A program made the position numbers and the translations under genes. From positions 1 through 37,728 of the forward strand of contig JBGFSC010000003.1 in the NCBI GenBank assembly GCA_041694815.1: DNA of 37,728 bases. Reading direction: 5' to 3'. Origin of the DNA: Elusimicrobiota bacterium (lineage in GTDB: Bacteria; Elusimicrobiota; Elusimicrobia; UBA1565; JACRDR01). Below, in pieces: positions 36,227-37,728 of the stretch (position 1 is the stretch's first letter; every line of letters begins with the position of its first letter). The notes beneath the pieces were generated by a model. That model saw only the letters and a program-made list of their open reading frames with translations, was not told where the DNA came from and searched no databases.

Positions 36227-36856
36227 TTAATCGCTAATCCAGCGACGGAAAAAGGACTGCTCCACGGCCTTCGAGACGTCGGAAAGGTCGGGCTCCTGCC
36301 CCAGGAGCTCGGCCATCGAGGCCATTTGAGATGGCTCTAGCCCGCATGGGAAGAGGCCACGCAGCGCCGAGAGGTCCGTGCGAACGTTGAGGGCGAATCC
36401 GTGGTAGGCGACCCAACGCCTTACCGAGACGCCTATCGACGCGATTTTCCTTCCCCTTGACCATACGCCGGTGAAGCCCTTGACGCGTTCCGCCTCGAGA
36501 CCGAATCGGCCGACGGCGTCGATGAGTCCGTCTTCCAAGAGCCGTAGATAGGCCCCTACGGTCAGGCCCCTGTTTTTTAAGTCGACGATGGGATAGCCCA
36601 CGAGCTGCCCCGGCCCGTGGTAGGTGACGTCGCCTCCGCGCTCGACGTGGAAAACGGGGTAGGGCGTCTGCCGCAGGCTGTGGGGGCTAAACCCCCGCCC
36701 GCAGGTGACGACTGGCGGATGCTCGGCGAGCAGCAGCGTGTCCTCGATCTCCCCGCGGGCGCGCGCCTCCGCGAGGCGGCGTTGGAGCTCCAAGGCCTCG
36801 GCGTAGTCGACGGCGCCCAGGCGGCGGACCTCCAGCGCGCACGGCGCCCGCCTCAT
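36227..36856 (-). CDS. lipB: Octanoyltransferase
   Basis: EHPPV.T.GR, RGGDVTYHGPGQ, KIASIG, HGFALN, PCG. Confidence 0.96.
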   Translation of the reverse strand: MRRAPCALEVRRLGAVDYAEALELQRRLAEARARGEIEDTLLLAEHPPVVTCGRGFSPHSLRQTPYPVFHVERGGDVTYHGPGQLVGYPIVDLKNRGLTVGAYLRLLEDGLIDAVGRFGLEAERVKGFTGVWSRGRKIASIGVSVRRWVAYHGFALNVRTDLSALRGLFPCGLEPSQMASMAELLGQEPDLSDVSKAVEQSFFRRWISD

Positions 36857-37728
36857 CGGAGCAGGGTGCGGGGATTCTCGAGATGCTTGATGATGGTGTT
36901 GAGGAATTGCGCGGCTTCGGCCCCGTCGATGACGCGATGGTCGAAGGAGAGAACGAGGTTACCCATCTGCCGCGCCACCATGGTCCCGTCGCGCACGACG
37001 GCGCGCGGCTGCACCTTCATGACCCCCAAGATGGCCACCTCCGGGAAATTGACGATGGGGGTGGCGAACAGGCCTCCGATGGGACCGATGTTCGTCACGG
37101 TGAAGGTTCCACCTTGGATATCGGAAGGCTCCACCTTGTTGGACCGGGCCTTTTCCGCGAGGGCACTCAATTCGGCGGCCAGCGCCCAGAGGTCCTTCTT
37201 CTCGGCCTCCTTGATCACGGGAACCACCAGGCCCTGGGGTGCGGCGGTGGCCACTCCCAGGTTGTGGCGGCGCTTGACGATCAGCGCGCCGCCCTCCTCG
37301 TCCAAGGAGGAATTGAAATTAGGGAATTCGGACAAGGCCTCGCTCGTCGCCTTGAGGATGAACGGCATGAAGGTGAGCTTGAGGCCGCGTTTTTCCGCGT
37401 CCGGCCGCAACTCCTCGCGGAGTTGGACCAAGGCGGTGAAATCAGCCTCGTCCATATGCGTGACCTGCGCCACCAAACGATGGCTTTGAGCCATCTTCTC
37501 CGCGGTGCGCCGGCGAACGCCGATGAAGGGGAGTCGTTCCTCGGTCGCCGCGGCGGCGGAAGGCCTCGCGGCGCCCGCCGCCTTGCGCACGTCGTCCTCG
37601 GTGATGCGCCCTCCCGGCCCGGTGCCCGGAAGGCCGGCCAAGTCCACGCGCAGTTCCGCGGCCAGCCGGCGCACCGAGGGAAGGGCGGCCGCCGCCCCCG
37701 AGGCGGGCGAGGCCGCTCGCGTCGGAGC
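36853..37728 (-). CDS. 2-oxoacid dehydrogenase E2 dihydrolipoamide acyltransferase (5'-truncated by the window edge)
   Basis: E3-binding domain (ALPSVRRLA...GTGPGGRITEDDV), GGTFTVTNIG, catalytic FDHRVIDG; frame open to the window end. Confidence 0.93.
   Translation of the reverse strand, partial: APTRAASPASGAAAALPSVRRLAAELRVDLAGLPGTGPGGRITEDDVRKAAGAARPSAAAATEERLPFIGVRRRTAEKMAQSHRLVAQVTHMDEADFTALVQLREELRPDAEKRGLKLTFMPFILKATSEALSEFPNFNSSLDEEGGALIVKRRHNLGVATAAPQGLVVPVIKEAEKKDLWALAAELSALAEKARSNKVEPSDIQGGTFTVTNIGPIGGLFATPIVNFPEVAILGVMKVQPRAVVRDGTMVARQMGNLVLSFDHRVIDGAEAAQFLNTIIKHLENPRTLLR

Overview
GC-rich, tightly packed chromosomal window from a diderm bacterium (a lipid A acyltransferase is present; the taxon cannot be fixed from this sequence alone). 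It holds about 38 protein-coding genes and two tRNAs (Leu-CAA, Arg-UCU), and no integrase, transposase, CRISPR array or prophage. Recognisable blocks: an RpoD-like sigma paralogue; a nitrosocyanin-like cupredoxin divergent from a Rieske ferredoxin; a flippase; two metallophosphoesterases; a dipeptide epimerase; a DUF4160/DUF2442 pair abutting tRNA-Arg; a sensor-less histidine kinase; pruA; an ECF sigma/anti-sigma/RseB-like operon; trxB; a folB-queD-pteridine reductase-queC-like cluster; aceB-aceA; lipB; and a partial 2-oxoacid dehydrogenase E2. The best candidate for an undescribed system is the co-oriented block 25797-35527: KamA-family aminomutase, APC permease, GabT-like and YodT-like class III transaminases and a second P5C-dehydrogenase-like ALDH, next to the glyoxylate shunt. 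It could encode a B12- and acetylation-independent beta-lysine to 3-oxoadipate catabolic route (inference). About ten genes have a -10 box 5-8 nt before the start codon, suggesting widespread leaderless transcription. All family assignments come from motifs read by eye, not database searches.
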